DNA from: Bispira polyomma | Lineage: Eukaryota | Assembly: GCA_965649765.1 (NCBI GenBank) | Contig: OZ287748.1 | Span: 59,148,001 to 59,212,000, forward strand | Length of the DNA stretch: 64,000 bases | Direction: 5' to 3' | Shown here: positions 1 to 11,497 of the stretch, in pieces | How positions within the stretch are numbered: position 1 is the stretch's first letter | Layout of the letters: each line of letters starts with the position of its first letter | Notes under the pieces: model-generated | Database searches by the model: none | The model's input: the letters and a program-made list of their open reading frames with translations, nothing else | What the model was told of the DNA's origin: nothing | Made by a program: the position numbers and the translations under genes

Positions 1-27
1 CTCACACACACACACACACGTGTGCAG

Positions 28-447
28 TACTGGCGGTAGTTCTACTTCCTTCATGGTTAACCCTGTCTCCTGTACAACATCCACCTGCGTTGACACTGGT
101 ATCTCTATGGTCGAAGTCACACAGGATCGTAAAGCCACCTCCACTAGCAGCACCCAATGTGCTAGCGTAACCAACAGTAACAGTTACCCTGGAGATGATA
201 CAGCTCCAGATAATCCTTCAGCGAAGGACAGTTGTATACAGGGTTGCAGTTTTGTAGCGACTGATGAGAATTGCGTTGGCACTTCCAGTAGTGGCTGTTC
301 TGCTGAAGCCCACAGAACTGGACATGACGGTGTCAATCCTTGCATCGTCAATAAAGTTACCATAGAAACGACTGCCAGCCAAGGAAAATGTAGTAATTTG
401 TCCAGTGAAGCAGAACCTGAAGAGGATGATTTGAGTGATAATTTCAA
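28..447 (+). CDS. PPP6R3: Internal coding exon (Ser/Thr/Cys-rich low-complexity region) of probable PP6 regulatory subunit (SAPS family)
   Basis: Open frame ending EEDDLSDNF with donor AA|GTAAGA at 447/448. Acceptor tgcag|t at 27/28 is tentative because the frame is open to the window edge. Phase 2-2, joins in frame to exon 3683. Confidence 0.6.
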
Positions 448-790
448 GTAAGAAGAAGCATTTGCTTGTTAGACTGTTTGTTGTTAAAATTCCGGGGAAA
501 GTGGGATTCAGAATGGTGTTCGTTGTGGTAGAGACAGCCCTTTTTAATGTAGGCTCCTTGCATGTGTGTTTTAACTTGCTATGGCTTTTGTTGTGTGTAG
601 TTAATCTTATTTCTTGGACAGTGTTTTACTTGTAAACATTGAGTTTTTACTGGTTACACTCCTTGGCTGCAAGTGTGTGTAAATTATTATCAAGCGAGCA
701 TGTTTATGAACTGTTAACAAAACACACCTCGATATTGCATCAGTAATAAACAAGAATTGATGCAATAGAGTAATTTTTCTGCACTTCTAA

Positions 791-984
791 TAGAATAGAA
801 CCTCTATTATCTGAACATATTGGGAGAAGAGGACATTGTTCATTTACCTTAATGAGTTCATATCATAGAGTTTTTTTGGTAGCCTGAAGTGGTTAAAAAA
901 AGGAAGACAATGACAGAGTGAAATGGAGTTACTAAAATTAAAAATTTGGATTGCAGAAGTTTGAATAGTAGAGGTTCTACTGTA
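791..984. mobile_element. Tc1/mariner(pogo)-type MITE; family copies at 1378-1552, 3088-3316, 8451-8642, 11772-11928, 14357-14553
   Basis: TIRs (TA)CAGTAGAACCTCTATTATC...ATAGAGGTTCTACTG(TA). Confidence 0.75.
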
Positions 985-1729
985 TATATTCATTCTTACA
1001 AGTTTATTCTTATGGCATGGTATAAGGTTTAATTACCAGCGTAGATCTTTGAATGTGACTATAGTGAAGGAGAATGTGTAAGTTTTTTCTTGCTTGCTTT
1101 TTCATATCGCATTATTTCATCCATAGGCCCATTATCCTTTGAACAAGTTTCATGTTAAAACCGGATGCCATTTTCAAAAGCTGCACTTTTCTGTTATAGT
1201 GAAAAGGGAAGTGAAATAATTGACGTCACTTAATACTGTCAACAATTTTAAAATAAAGGTTTAAACAACAGCCCGAATTCCCCATGCTTTTCTACTGCCT
1301 AAATATACCTATTCTATTCAGTACACATACTTTCTATACATGTGTGCTGACTGAGAAAACTTATGGTATAAAGAAACTACACTAGAACCTCTATTATCCA
1401 AATATTAGATTTTACAAACTAAATTTTACTCTCCCAAACTTATTATTTGCTATAGTTTTACACTAAAATGCCTCTTCTATTTTATGGATCTTCTATTATC
1501 CAAACAAATTCTCACTCTCCGAAGGTGTCCATAAAATAGAGGTTCTACTGTACGGGTATACATATTGACATTATGTAGAACTTACCAAAACAGTGGAAGT
1601 AGTGCAGATTCTGTGTAGGGGTTGGTTATTAATAGAAAACGAGCACAAAACGGCCATTAAAAAGCATGTCAGTGATATACATGTAATTGACAACTCAAAT
1701 TATAGCGTTTTCTGTTAACAGTGCCATTG

Positions 1730-2450
1730 GTTTAAGGGTCTATGGCTATCTCGGTATTGCCTTTCTAAGTGTTGTCCGACAGGTGTTTTCCTAGTCTACA
1801 CTAGATCTGAGGAACTTCTTGTCATTGCAACTTCATATTTGGTACTATTATTAATTTAGAGGTATATCATGGTTTGGCTTTTGATCTGAAGGAAACTTGT
1901 CTGACCATATGTCACAAGTGTCATATTTGGCAAAAGTTTCAACATCATGGACATACTTGATTTTGACTCGTTGACTTTAGAGAAGTGACGGCCTAAACAT
2001 CCTTGTCCGGACAATATCTCAAGAACTATGGTGTCGCAGGAAATTAATATTTGGTATTTCTAATGGTTGTAGATGGACAATGTCATACTTCAATATCATT
2101 ACGATCTTTAATATCAGAGATATGACCTTCATCTCAAAATCTTGTTCTCACCTTATTGCAGTAACTACTTTATACTTGTCACTGTAGGGTCAGAGATGGT
2201 ACATTTATTCTTAGGGGAGCGTAGTTGTGGTTTGGTCTGATTTTAACCTTTGGGAGTTATGACTTGACCTACCATTCCTTTGTGGACTATATCACAGTAA
2301 CTACATATGACAGAAAGTCCATACTTGGCAAAAGGATTGGCCTATGCAACTGATCCACCTGATTTAATTTTGACTTGTGATGTTGCACTTATGACCTTGA
2401 CGCCCAAAAGTCTTTTGAAGTCTATTTGTTGGCAACTCCTCACTGAACTT
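1730..2450. repeat. Degenerate tgacct(t)-rich tandem-unit repeat (Helentron/HINE-like)
   Basis: Recurrent gcaacttcatatttggt / tgacctt / ccttgtccggacaatatctcaagaacta-like units. Confidence 0.45.
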
Positions 2451-3682
2451 CACGTTTTCGTGCAAACATGTAGTAGGTTAATTTGATGTGTTCATCTTCA
2501 CTTTATCATTGTTTAGCTATTTCACCGCATAGCCTCAGTGTTGTGGCATCTCTGACACTATTTTAACTGTCTTGGTGTTAAGGACACTTTTAGCTATTTT
2601 GTAATTGAATGATACATTTAACCTTTAGGCATGTTATATTTCTAGTGATCATATATTACATAGAGGATAAAAGTTCCCACAGCTTTTCCCAGTAACACTT
2701 AATTATCACAGCTTCAATAAGTTTGCTTCCAAATTGTAGACACTGACAATATAATAGACTTAGTAGTTTTAATCGATACTTGCAAGTTATTTACCAAATG
2801 TGGGGAGTTTTAAGTGTTTTCTTAGTACTGTAGTTTAAAGTACTGACCATTTGTCCGTGTTCTGAGATTAGGGACAAGGCAAAATGAGTTACAAAGTGTT
2901 TTGTGTGTATTAAGGTATGTGCTCTTTTCAATGCATGATCTCCATGGACCTAAATGTGGACTTCTGTTTGGTATCAACATTAATGTTGACCGATAGGAAT
3001 AGTGACAAGTGAAAGTTGTTATTGTTACAACCGTGTATCAGTTTTCATGTTTCTATTTTTCTTTCTCTGTGTTTATTGTTTGAACTTCAGTAGAATCTCT
3101 ATTATCAGAACTTCTATTATCTCCAACTCAATTTCTCAAATTAAAATTTTTCCTATTTATTTGGGAAATTTTATTTATTTTCATATTTTTTTATTTGACA
3201 AATGTTGATATTACTATTGTTTTGTATTGAAATGTCCATGTTCTATTTGATGAGCAATGTCTTATTTAAAATGATTGTCGCTCAACCAAAGTGTCAGGAT
3301 CATAGAGGTTCTGCTGTGTTTTGTATTTCTTCTTTCAATTTTACACTTAAAAACTGATTTTGTAACCCAGTTACTACACCTGGTTTGCTGTTTGTTGAGC
3401 TTTCTTTCATTTTTATTCTTTGGAACTGCACTATGATTTAGAAATTTGTACTTTTCATACGTGACATTTCAAGGGGAGGCAAGGTAACAATACATTGTTT
3501 TTAAAAAAAAGAAGGTCAACTGAAGAAATATTAGGGAACGAATGTGACACATTACTATGTGACCAAGTTGTGCATGTTTATATTATTTTTGTTTTAAATA
3601 TTTTTTCCATGCATAAAACTGATAGTTGTCTTCCATTCTATTTTTTTATTTCTTTCTTCAAACCATCCCTTCCACCTGCTAG

Positions 3683-3961
3683 TTTCCTTGCATCCAGTGG
3701 TTTAATGAAGGCAGTCGTTGGCAGTGAGATGAATGAGGAGGAGAGCGCCGTGCCGAGCAGTACAACAACTACTACTACTACTGGTGGTTGTACTAATAAC
3801 ACAAGTAGTGTGACAACAGAAGAGGACAAGGAAGTCACCTCGTCCTCGTCACCAACATCCAGTAATAGTGCATGTAGTAATAGTACTAGTGAAATAGACT
3901 CACAAACTCACCTGTCTGCAGACAGTGGAACGGCTGAGATTAGGAAATTAGAGGAAGCCAG
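3683..3961 (+). CDS. PPP6R3: Penultimate coding exon of probable PP6 regulatory subunit
   Basis: Long pyrimidine tract + ctag|t acceptor, donor AG|GTAAGA. 279 nt, phase 2-2; the junction reads DNFN-FLASSGLMK. Confidence 0.7.
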
Positions 3962-3971
3962 GTAAGACCGG

Positions 3972-4150
3972 CCCTCATACCAAGTAGTGGAGGAAAATTA
4001 AGAATGTGGGGAGGAAACTTGGCCAAAACAGGCTCTAATACCCAGTAGTGGAGGGAAATAAAAGAATGTAGAGAGGAGTATTGACCAAAACAGGCTCTAA
4101 TACCCAGTAGTGGAGGGAAAGAAAGAATGTGGGGAGAAAACTTGGTCAAA
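3972..4150. repeat. ~60-bp minisatellite x3
   Basis: taatacccagtagtggagggaaa...agaatgt...aaaacaggctc repeated. Confidence 0.8.
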
Positions 4151-5626
4151 AAAATATTTGTAATTAAGTCAAGATACTGCTTATTCCCGGAAAAGGTCGT
4201 CAACTTAAACTCAAACATTACCTTGAATGGTTTGTATGTAAATTTCCTTAATAATGGTAATAACTTAGAAACATTTTCCATTCATATTAATAGAATTTTC
4301 AGTGAGGAACTTGAATAAGTAGTGAAATTGTAGACATTTCTATAAAGGAGAAACGTGCAATAGTGAGTTTAGGTTGAAGACCTTGGAATTAAAAGCCATG
4401 GAACTTTTTTTCCACAGTTATAAGTAACCGATAAAATCTGACTGTCAATATTTTTATTTGGTGTCGACAGATCTAGAAGGAGGAAATTAGATATCATTGG
4501 AGTTGAGGTGTAGTTGAAGTTTGAGTTTGTTTGAAGAATAAGGGTTTTGGAAAAGTTCTAACGTCCAGGACAGTAGTAAAGTATGTCCACAGTATTGAGA
4601 ATATAAAGGGCCTTACCATTGGCTGCTAAGTAGAAGTTTTAGGGAAAATTTACTGTCTTGTCTAATGACTACCTGTAGTCTTCAAACATTCTAAATCCAG
4701 AATTGGGTCATGTTTGAACAGGCATATGTTGAAATGTGATTGATGAGTATTGATGAGTATTGAATAATAATAATACTTGTTCATGTACTTTAAAATTATT
4801 TTTGCCCTGATCATGTGCTTTAGATGCAGAATTAATTTGCAAAATGCATGTAGCTATGAATTTGCCTTTTGTTTTATGGAAGCACTTCAATTGTCTTTGC
4901 TTCTGTGTTTGACATAAATTTGTTAAAGTTAATGCTTAGCATTGATGTTTAACGTATAAAATGTAGTCTAAATTATATATTCTTTTGTTTTTTTTTGTAA
5001 AAAACATTATAATAAGTTAATTTAAATTAAGATATGTGTTGCACAGTTTGTTGTTTTAAGAAAAACCCAAAAGTTTATCTCTACACATATTTCTTGCTCT
5101 AAAGTGAATGTACATGCATTAAAATTATGTCTTTGTGTTACATGCATTTTGAATCGATTATGTATTGGAATATTGCAAATCGAAATTCTCAAGTTTGAAA
5201 AAATTGATAGATTGTGTATACTTTGATTTATTTAAGGTTAGAAATACATTATCAACCTAAAAGCAGTTTATATTGCAACTTGTAGCCAATTCTGACAAAG
5301 CAAAATTTTCTTTATTTGAGTATTTGATTATATTGTAGTAATAGGCCTATTTTGAATAGAATTTTACTCAAGTTTTACCCGATTCTTTGATTTTGTTGTT
5401 TTCTTCATGTGGTTCAACACATAGTAGACTGTGTAACTAGAACAAGTATAAGTCGAATTTCTCTTTAACTACAACCAAATTTCTGGCCACAACATTCAAA
5501 ATTACTGTATAAATTGAGGTACATGTGGAACTTAGCAATAACTAGAACCAAATCTTGTGGATATTGGACATTAGACTGAGAGTCTAGTGTATGTGATGAA
5601 TGTCCAGTTTCTTAAGTGTATAACAC

Positions 5627-5872
5627 AGTCTCCCATGGCCTAGTGGTTAGGAAGATGTTCTGGTGATCAGAAGGTCCCTGGTTCGACTCCTACTAAAGCC
5701 GCTAGGTTCATTGCTGGTGATATAACATCCTTGGGCAAGATGTGAACATGCCTATGCTTACTGATAACGACCCAGGATATGTTGTAGGACACTTAATTGG
5801 TTGATTGATTTGGTTGTTATGCTTTAGGAGAAGCCTTGCTCTAATAAAGCACATTTAAAATATACAATACAA
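5627..5872 (+). mobile_element. tRNA-derived SINE (CORE-like central ccttgggcaag); related copies at ~19145-19405 and ~19669-19815
   Basis: A box TGGCCTAGTGG, B box GGTTCGACTCC, (aatac)n tail. Confidence 0.75.
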
Positions 5873-5994
5873 CAGAATAGTGTTGGTATTTTGTTGATTA
5901 CCAAGATCAAGTCACTCACTGAAGCCTTGTATCAATAAATGAACTTTAAAAATAAAAAATACAATACAAAGGGTTGGTATTTTGTTGATTACAG

Positions 5995-6064
5995 AGCTCA
6001 AGCCACCCAAGTGTCCACTGCAGAGAGCAGCAGTCCAAATTCAGGCCAGAATGGTCCAGTGTGA
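5995..6064 (+). CDS. PPP6R3: Last coding exon (RAQATQVSTAESSSPNSGQNGPV*) of probable PP6 regulatory subunit
   Basis: Acceptor ttgttgattacag|a in phase 2. C-terminal NGPV* matches my recollection of vertebrate PPP6R2/PPP6R3 ends. The SAPS domain is outside the window, so the name rests on this motif plus the acidic/Ser-rich tail. Confidence 0.6.
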
Positions 6065-9062
6065 TGATAGCCACTTCACAGATTTAGTCCTAATTCAATT
6101 ACTTCACCTGTCTTGTTACACGATGTATGGGGGTTGAAATAGCCCCCCCTCCCAAGCTGGGCTATCTAAAATGTGTGTGTACAAAGTAGTCTGTTTTAGT
6201 GATATTATAAAGTTATTCAAGTCCAGTCCAAGTTAAAAAATGATTGGCGAGATGCCATGGGCAAGTTCCGACTATAATTGTTATGGTTCTATAATTATTT
6301 CTTTTTCAAAATGTAAAGTTATTACTATGCAATACTATAGATATTGTCCGTCTTTTAAACTATTTTTAAATATACCTGAATTTTTAAATTTTTTTTTTGT
6401 TCGTGGCTATTTGAAAATATGTTGGGTTTCTTCCATTGGTACAAAGCTTATAAAAAATATTTTTAAAAAACAAATATCTGTGAATAAATTTTAACAAATT
6501 TACTGAAAATTGTCCACATGTTTTGTCAAGTTGAACAATACAATATAATTACTCCCCATCTTGTAAGTTGCTGGGTTTCTTTATTGCAAGAAAATAGCCT
6601 TGTTTCAGGCTGTCGGTGACTTGCATTCAGTAGGATATAGTGGACTGTGATTGTATATATTCTGCAATTTTAATTAGTTGTTTTTAAAAGTCTCTGAACA
6701 ATTAAGCAGAGATAGATATGTATATCTATGATGCCTGTTTGAACGAGTGATAATTAGCTTCAGTTTCCTTATCAGTTTTACTGTGATGTACATATATATA
6801 TATATGAGCTGACTGAATTGTTTTAGCTGTTACCAGAATATGGCAGTTAAATTACCTGTTATTGATACTCTTTATTGAGTGGGAACTAAACCTGTTTATA
6901 TCGGTATCCATAAATGTATTCAAATCTACAGTTGAGCAGGAAGTATTTTAACGTTGATATTATCTCATTTTCATTTGTGACTTAAAGGTGACTTGACACC
7001 CTTTCTCTGCAGATGTGACAAACAGTATATGCAGGCATGAGAATAGGATTAAAGGCCTTACTGACTTCAAAGGAAGCCTCCTATTTACAGATACATGTAC
7101 ACATGGATAGGTACATCTTCCACTTAAGTCAAAGAAATGGGCATCATATTCACAAATATTCTTACAAAAGTTTGTTTAGTTATAGCCAATCTGATTGTCT
7201 AATACTTTTCCATTACCTAATAAAAACGGTCAGATACTATTTAACCAATCAGATGACCTGGTACTATTTGATAACCCAATCAGATGGTTTGATACTGTTT
7301 CACCTACCAATTGTTGCAAAATGTAAGAATTAAGAATCGTTGTGAATAGCAGCCATGTTTATGAGATACATATTGACCTCTGTGTTTCAGATATGTGTTG
7401 GAAAAATTTCTCTAAAGCTCTTTCAACGATTTTACAAAACAGTCAAACCTAAAACATGTAATCTTTTTTTAATGTTCACAGGTTATTTTTTTGTGTTGGT
7501 ACAAAATGAAGTCTCATATATATGGAGTGAGTACTGTTCTTCTGTCGGTTAAATACTTTGAGTGCTAATATATTACAGCTGTAAAAGTTTGTTGGCAGTA
7601 AACATTTTTTAATAAGTCCAGATGAATGCATGAATTTTAGGCATACTGTTGTGAATTCTATCCTAGAAAAAACCAAGATATAAGTTAGAGTCCGACTTCT
7701 TTAAGCACCAACAATATGTTTTTCTTTTTTAATTTACAGTTGTCAACAAAGTTTTTATTGGACAATTTTAAACATTTGATAATATTTCTTCTGATCCTTT
7801 GTATTATTAGGATTTATAAAAAAATCTATAAGGTTTACATGGTTTCGAACTTTAATCTATTTTCTTTTATTTCGTAAACGGAGTATAATATTGTTTTTTA
7901 TTTTATTGAAAAAAATGGTGCTTATTTTGAATTTAAAAACTAATAAATTATTATATGTTAACAAATATTCCGTATCATGTGTTGCTTTTGTAAAATTCTT
8001 GAAATCTGTCAAGTTTCTTTTCTCAGTTTTGCCAAGTTACACTGGGAATCTTTTAACTGCAGTAACTACTAGAAATATTGGTTAAATACTGAAAGAAAAA
8101 TGAAGTATGTTTGATATTTTCTGGAGCTAATTGGTTGCTTTATGTAATCTTCTATAAAATAGACTGTAGGTTTCAAATTTATATTTTCTTATTGTTTTGT
8201 ATTGAAATGCCTTAAAAGCATTAAAAATTTTATTCTTTACTGCTTGAAAAAGTCTTAAAATTATATTTCAGGGTTTGGTTGTACAATTCCTGAACATATT
8301 TTCTAAAAGTCTTTGTGTAAAAATTAAATTCTTTGAGCATATCAAAGTATTTTAAACTATTGTGTTATAATGGTATGTAGAAACACAAATTTAACACAAA
8401 TCCGATTTTCCATGATATCTGCATTTCTAACGCTAATTTTTTTTTATTAATACAGTAGAAACTCGGTTATCCAAACTTTTGGTATCAAAATATTCGATTT
8501 TATGAACACGCACTTGTACTTTCCCAAATTTAGTTATCATTCTGATTTATACTAAAAATACCTCTTCTCTTTACAAACCTATTATCTGAACAAAATCTTG
8601 GATCTCTCTCAACATGTTCATATAAGAGAAGGTTAGGCTGTATCGGTGAATTTATTACCTTGTTTTTCTAATGTTGACAATTTCAATTGGATATACCTCA
8701 ATGGTGCTGTGTTTTGGATGTTAAGGCTGTTTCTAAAGTTTTGAAAACATTTTTAGTTGTGCAGTGTAGATTTTCTTCTCCTGTCTTTAAATTTCTTCCT
8801 TTATGAAGGTCGCTATAAAACATGTGGTTATTGTATTTTACATTAGCAATCAGACTTTTTACCTGGCAGATATTAAGCACGACAAGTTTGTCGAGCCACA
8901 GTTTACGTTTAACCTATGTCTTTTCTTGTTTTAATTTACTTTTTTAATCTAAATTTTGTACCCAATTGTTGACGTTTGGTCAGTTATCAGTGGCCATATT
9001 CTCCAAACATCTCCAGCTCAGTTGAGGCTCAAGCTCCAAAAATAACATCTACATTTCTTTGG

Positions 9063-9293
9063 CTAGTGGTGGCAGACCAGTGCATGCCCGGGTACCAATC
9101 AACGCCCACCAAGATTGAAACAGTCAATATCTCTTTGTAGGAATATCTCTTTGTAACAAACTTTTGGTGAAGCAATTATAATAATATCCTAACATCATAA
9201 TTGTGTTTACTTTAGTATTGAAGTTCTATTTGCAATTCTTTACCAAGTGGGTGTTGAGTGGTACCCGGCCGTGAACTGGTCTGCAACCACTAG
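9063..9293. mobile_element. MITE with ~45-bp TIRs
   Basis: ctagtggtggcagaccagt...gggtacca...cccac versus gtggg...tggtacccgg...actggtctgcaaccactag. Confidence 0.7.
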
Positions 9294-9579
9294 AGCTAAA
9301 ATCGGATAACATATTTGAATTCTGTGCTGAAAGCTCCATTAAATTGAATGGTTTCACAAGTACAGTCAAACCCCTTGAGGTAGAATTCTGATATCTTGAT
9401 TTTCCTGTTGTGTAGACAAAAGTGTGTAGTCCCAGAAAGACCCTTTTCTTTGGAAATCTACCCTGTTAAGTGGAAATCCTGCTCATGTAGAGATATTCAT
9501 ATTTGTCACTTGGGTTCGACTTTAACTGTATAGGTTATTTCCCTGTATACAGTAATAACAGGTAGAGTAAGCAATTTAA

Positions 9580-9771
9580 AATTGGCCACTGTATCTAAAA
9601 TTCGCCACCTTAAAATTTAAGCTAAATTAATAAAAACTGGCGAAATATACCTCAAATTTGGGTAACTAAGGCAGAATAGTGACAAAAATCTTGATTTCAG
9701 CAAATATTGCCTGCAATTTACCAAAAACACCACATTTTCTAGGTGATGCATTTCAGATACAGTGGCCAATT
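9580..9771. mobile_element. MITE; second copy at 38491-38689
   Basis: aattggccactgtatct...agatacagtggccaatt; internal sequence shared with the 38491 copy. Confidence 0.7.
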
Positions 9772-10360
9772 GAGCTGGAGTTTTTTTGGCATGACCCCCC
9801 CCATTTGTAATCCATCTCCACCTTAGGTATTGACAACATAGCATTGTGTGGTTTGCCGTCTGTTGAATATAGTGTACATATTTAGTGGCCCTCCCTCCCC
9901 CCCTCTTCTGGTGGGGTAGGGGAGGTTTGTTTTTAGTACCACGTCAAGAGTGATAGCGTCTAAAGTCAAAATGTATCATAAATCGTGGAAAGACTAATAA
10001 AGTAAACTTTGTTGGGGTTTTTTGGGGGGTAAGACTAGTTATGCCTTGTACAGATTAATAGTGATCTGTTCCAGTCCATATGTATTAGTACTGTACATTG
10101 TCTTTACTATTTTAAGTCTAGGTGGATATAATATGACTTGTATCATAATAACTAGCAAAGGAATATATTTTTGACTAAAGGCTTCGCAGGTATTTTGTAT
10201 GTGTACATAATATATATATTCAGCATTGGAACACGAGGCACTATGTGTAGTAGGGCCAAGTAAAGTTGGTTTTTATTATCCACATCAATCACTCGTTATA
10301 ACTGTGTACTACTAGTGCAGTTTAGTGAAGGGTTATTGTGTATTTATTATTAATATTAAT

Positions 10361-10366
10361 AATAAA
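10361..10366 (+). terminator. Candidate polyadenylation signal of the PPP6R-like gene (implies ~4.3 kb 3' UTR)
   Basis: AATAAA at the end of a long U/GU-rich non-coding stretch, shortly before the convergent gene A. Other AATAAA hexamers are possible. Confidence 0.3.
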
Positions 10367-10866
10367 CTATTTCTGTATCGAAAGTTTAGGAAAAACCTAA
10401 AATATCAAGTTATAAAAATGTGAAAATATTCTTTGTGTATAGGATAATCAGTGAAAAAAAAAGTAAATAAAATGTTCCTATACATTAAAACAATTGTTTT
10501 TCCTTGTCTCATCCATACATAAAACCCGAAGAATGTGGCCATTTGAACTTGCATGATATTCAGAGATCTAAAGTTAAATCCTGATTGTTTTGATTTTATT
10601 AAAGCACACAAACTTTAAGTTACATTTTAAACACATCACAGTTCGGAACTCCTTAATTGAAAAGATTGATGGGATTGTTAATCCCTGCATTCAGATACTA
10701 AATGAAATGTTTTGGAATTTATTACTCCTTCACGTATTGCAAAATGTTAGAATAGGACGGCTACTTTACCGTTGCCATACAAGCAGTGACAGTTTTACAG
10801 AACTACTAAGCATATTCCATAAGTTCACATCACGCCATAAGATCTAACCGATGTCCTACTTAGTGG

Positions 10867-11497
10867 TTATAGACACTGTTTTCCACCATTTCTACTGATG
10901 ATGTACGGGCTTCTGGATTTTGTCTGTTGATCTGAGTAATTCTCGCCACTTTCATACACATTGTTGTCAAGCATATTGGGCTCTTCCGCATTGTCTGCAG
11001 TAGCATTAAACTCAACATATTGATGCTCCCCATCCTTGCTGCCGTCTGTATTATAGACGTCATTGTCGATCAGATCACTTCTACCATTGACTACTGGTAA
11101 TGCGTCTGGTTGACCCTTGTATACCACATTTTCAACAAAACCATTATCTGCGCACTGTGATCCATCATTCTCCACTGCACTGGAGCCGATTGAATATGCT
11201 GGACAAGCGGGTCTTGTTGGAATTTTATAGATTCCTGCCTTATTACATTTGGCATATTCATCTCCAGATACACCTGGATTGGACATAGTAGAATCTTGTA
11301 CATCTTCATAGTTATTGGCTGAAGGTGTGTTTGATGGTACAGGGTTTTCTTTTGGAATTTTATATATTCCTGCCTTGTTAGATTTGGCATATTCATCTCC
11401 AGACACACCAGGATTGGACATAAAGGAATCTTGTACATCTTCATAGTTATTGGCTGAAGGTATGTTTGATGGTATTTTGTTTTCTTCTGCAAGTTTT
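10867..11497 (-). CDS. Gene A exon 6, cytoplasmic Tyr-motif tail
   Basis: Acceptor ttttccaaag|a, phase 2; NNYEDV x2, EYAKxNKAGIYKIP x2, ENVVY, DNDVY, DNNVY. Confidence 0.85.

Noticed and set aside
20-451. Stand-alone small Cys-rich gene or alternative terminal exon
   Set aside because: The stop codon is part of a GTAAGA donor and the exon splices in frame to 3683.
3972-4150. Repeat-spacer array
   Set aside because: Whole units are similar; an ordinary intronic minisatellite.
5627-5700. tRNA gene (also 55822 and 56969)
   Set aside because: A/B boxes are present but there is no cloverleaf, and the sequence continues into a repeated body and simple tail: these are SINE heads.
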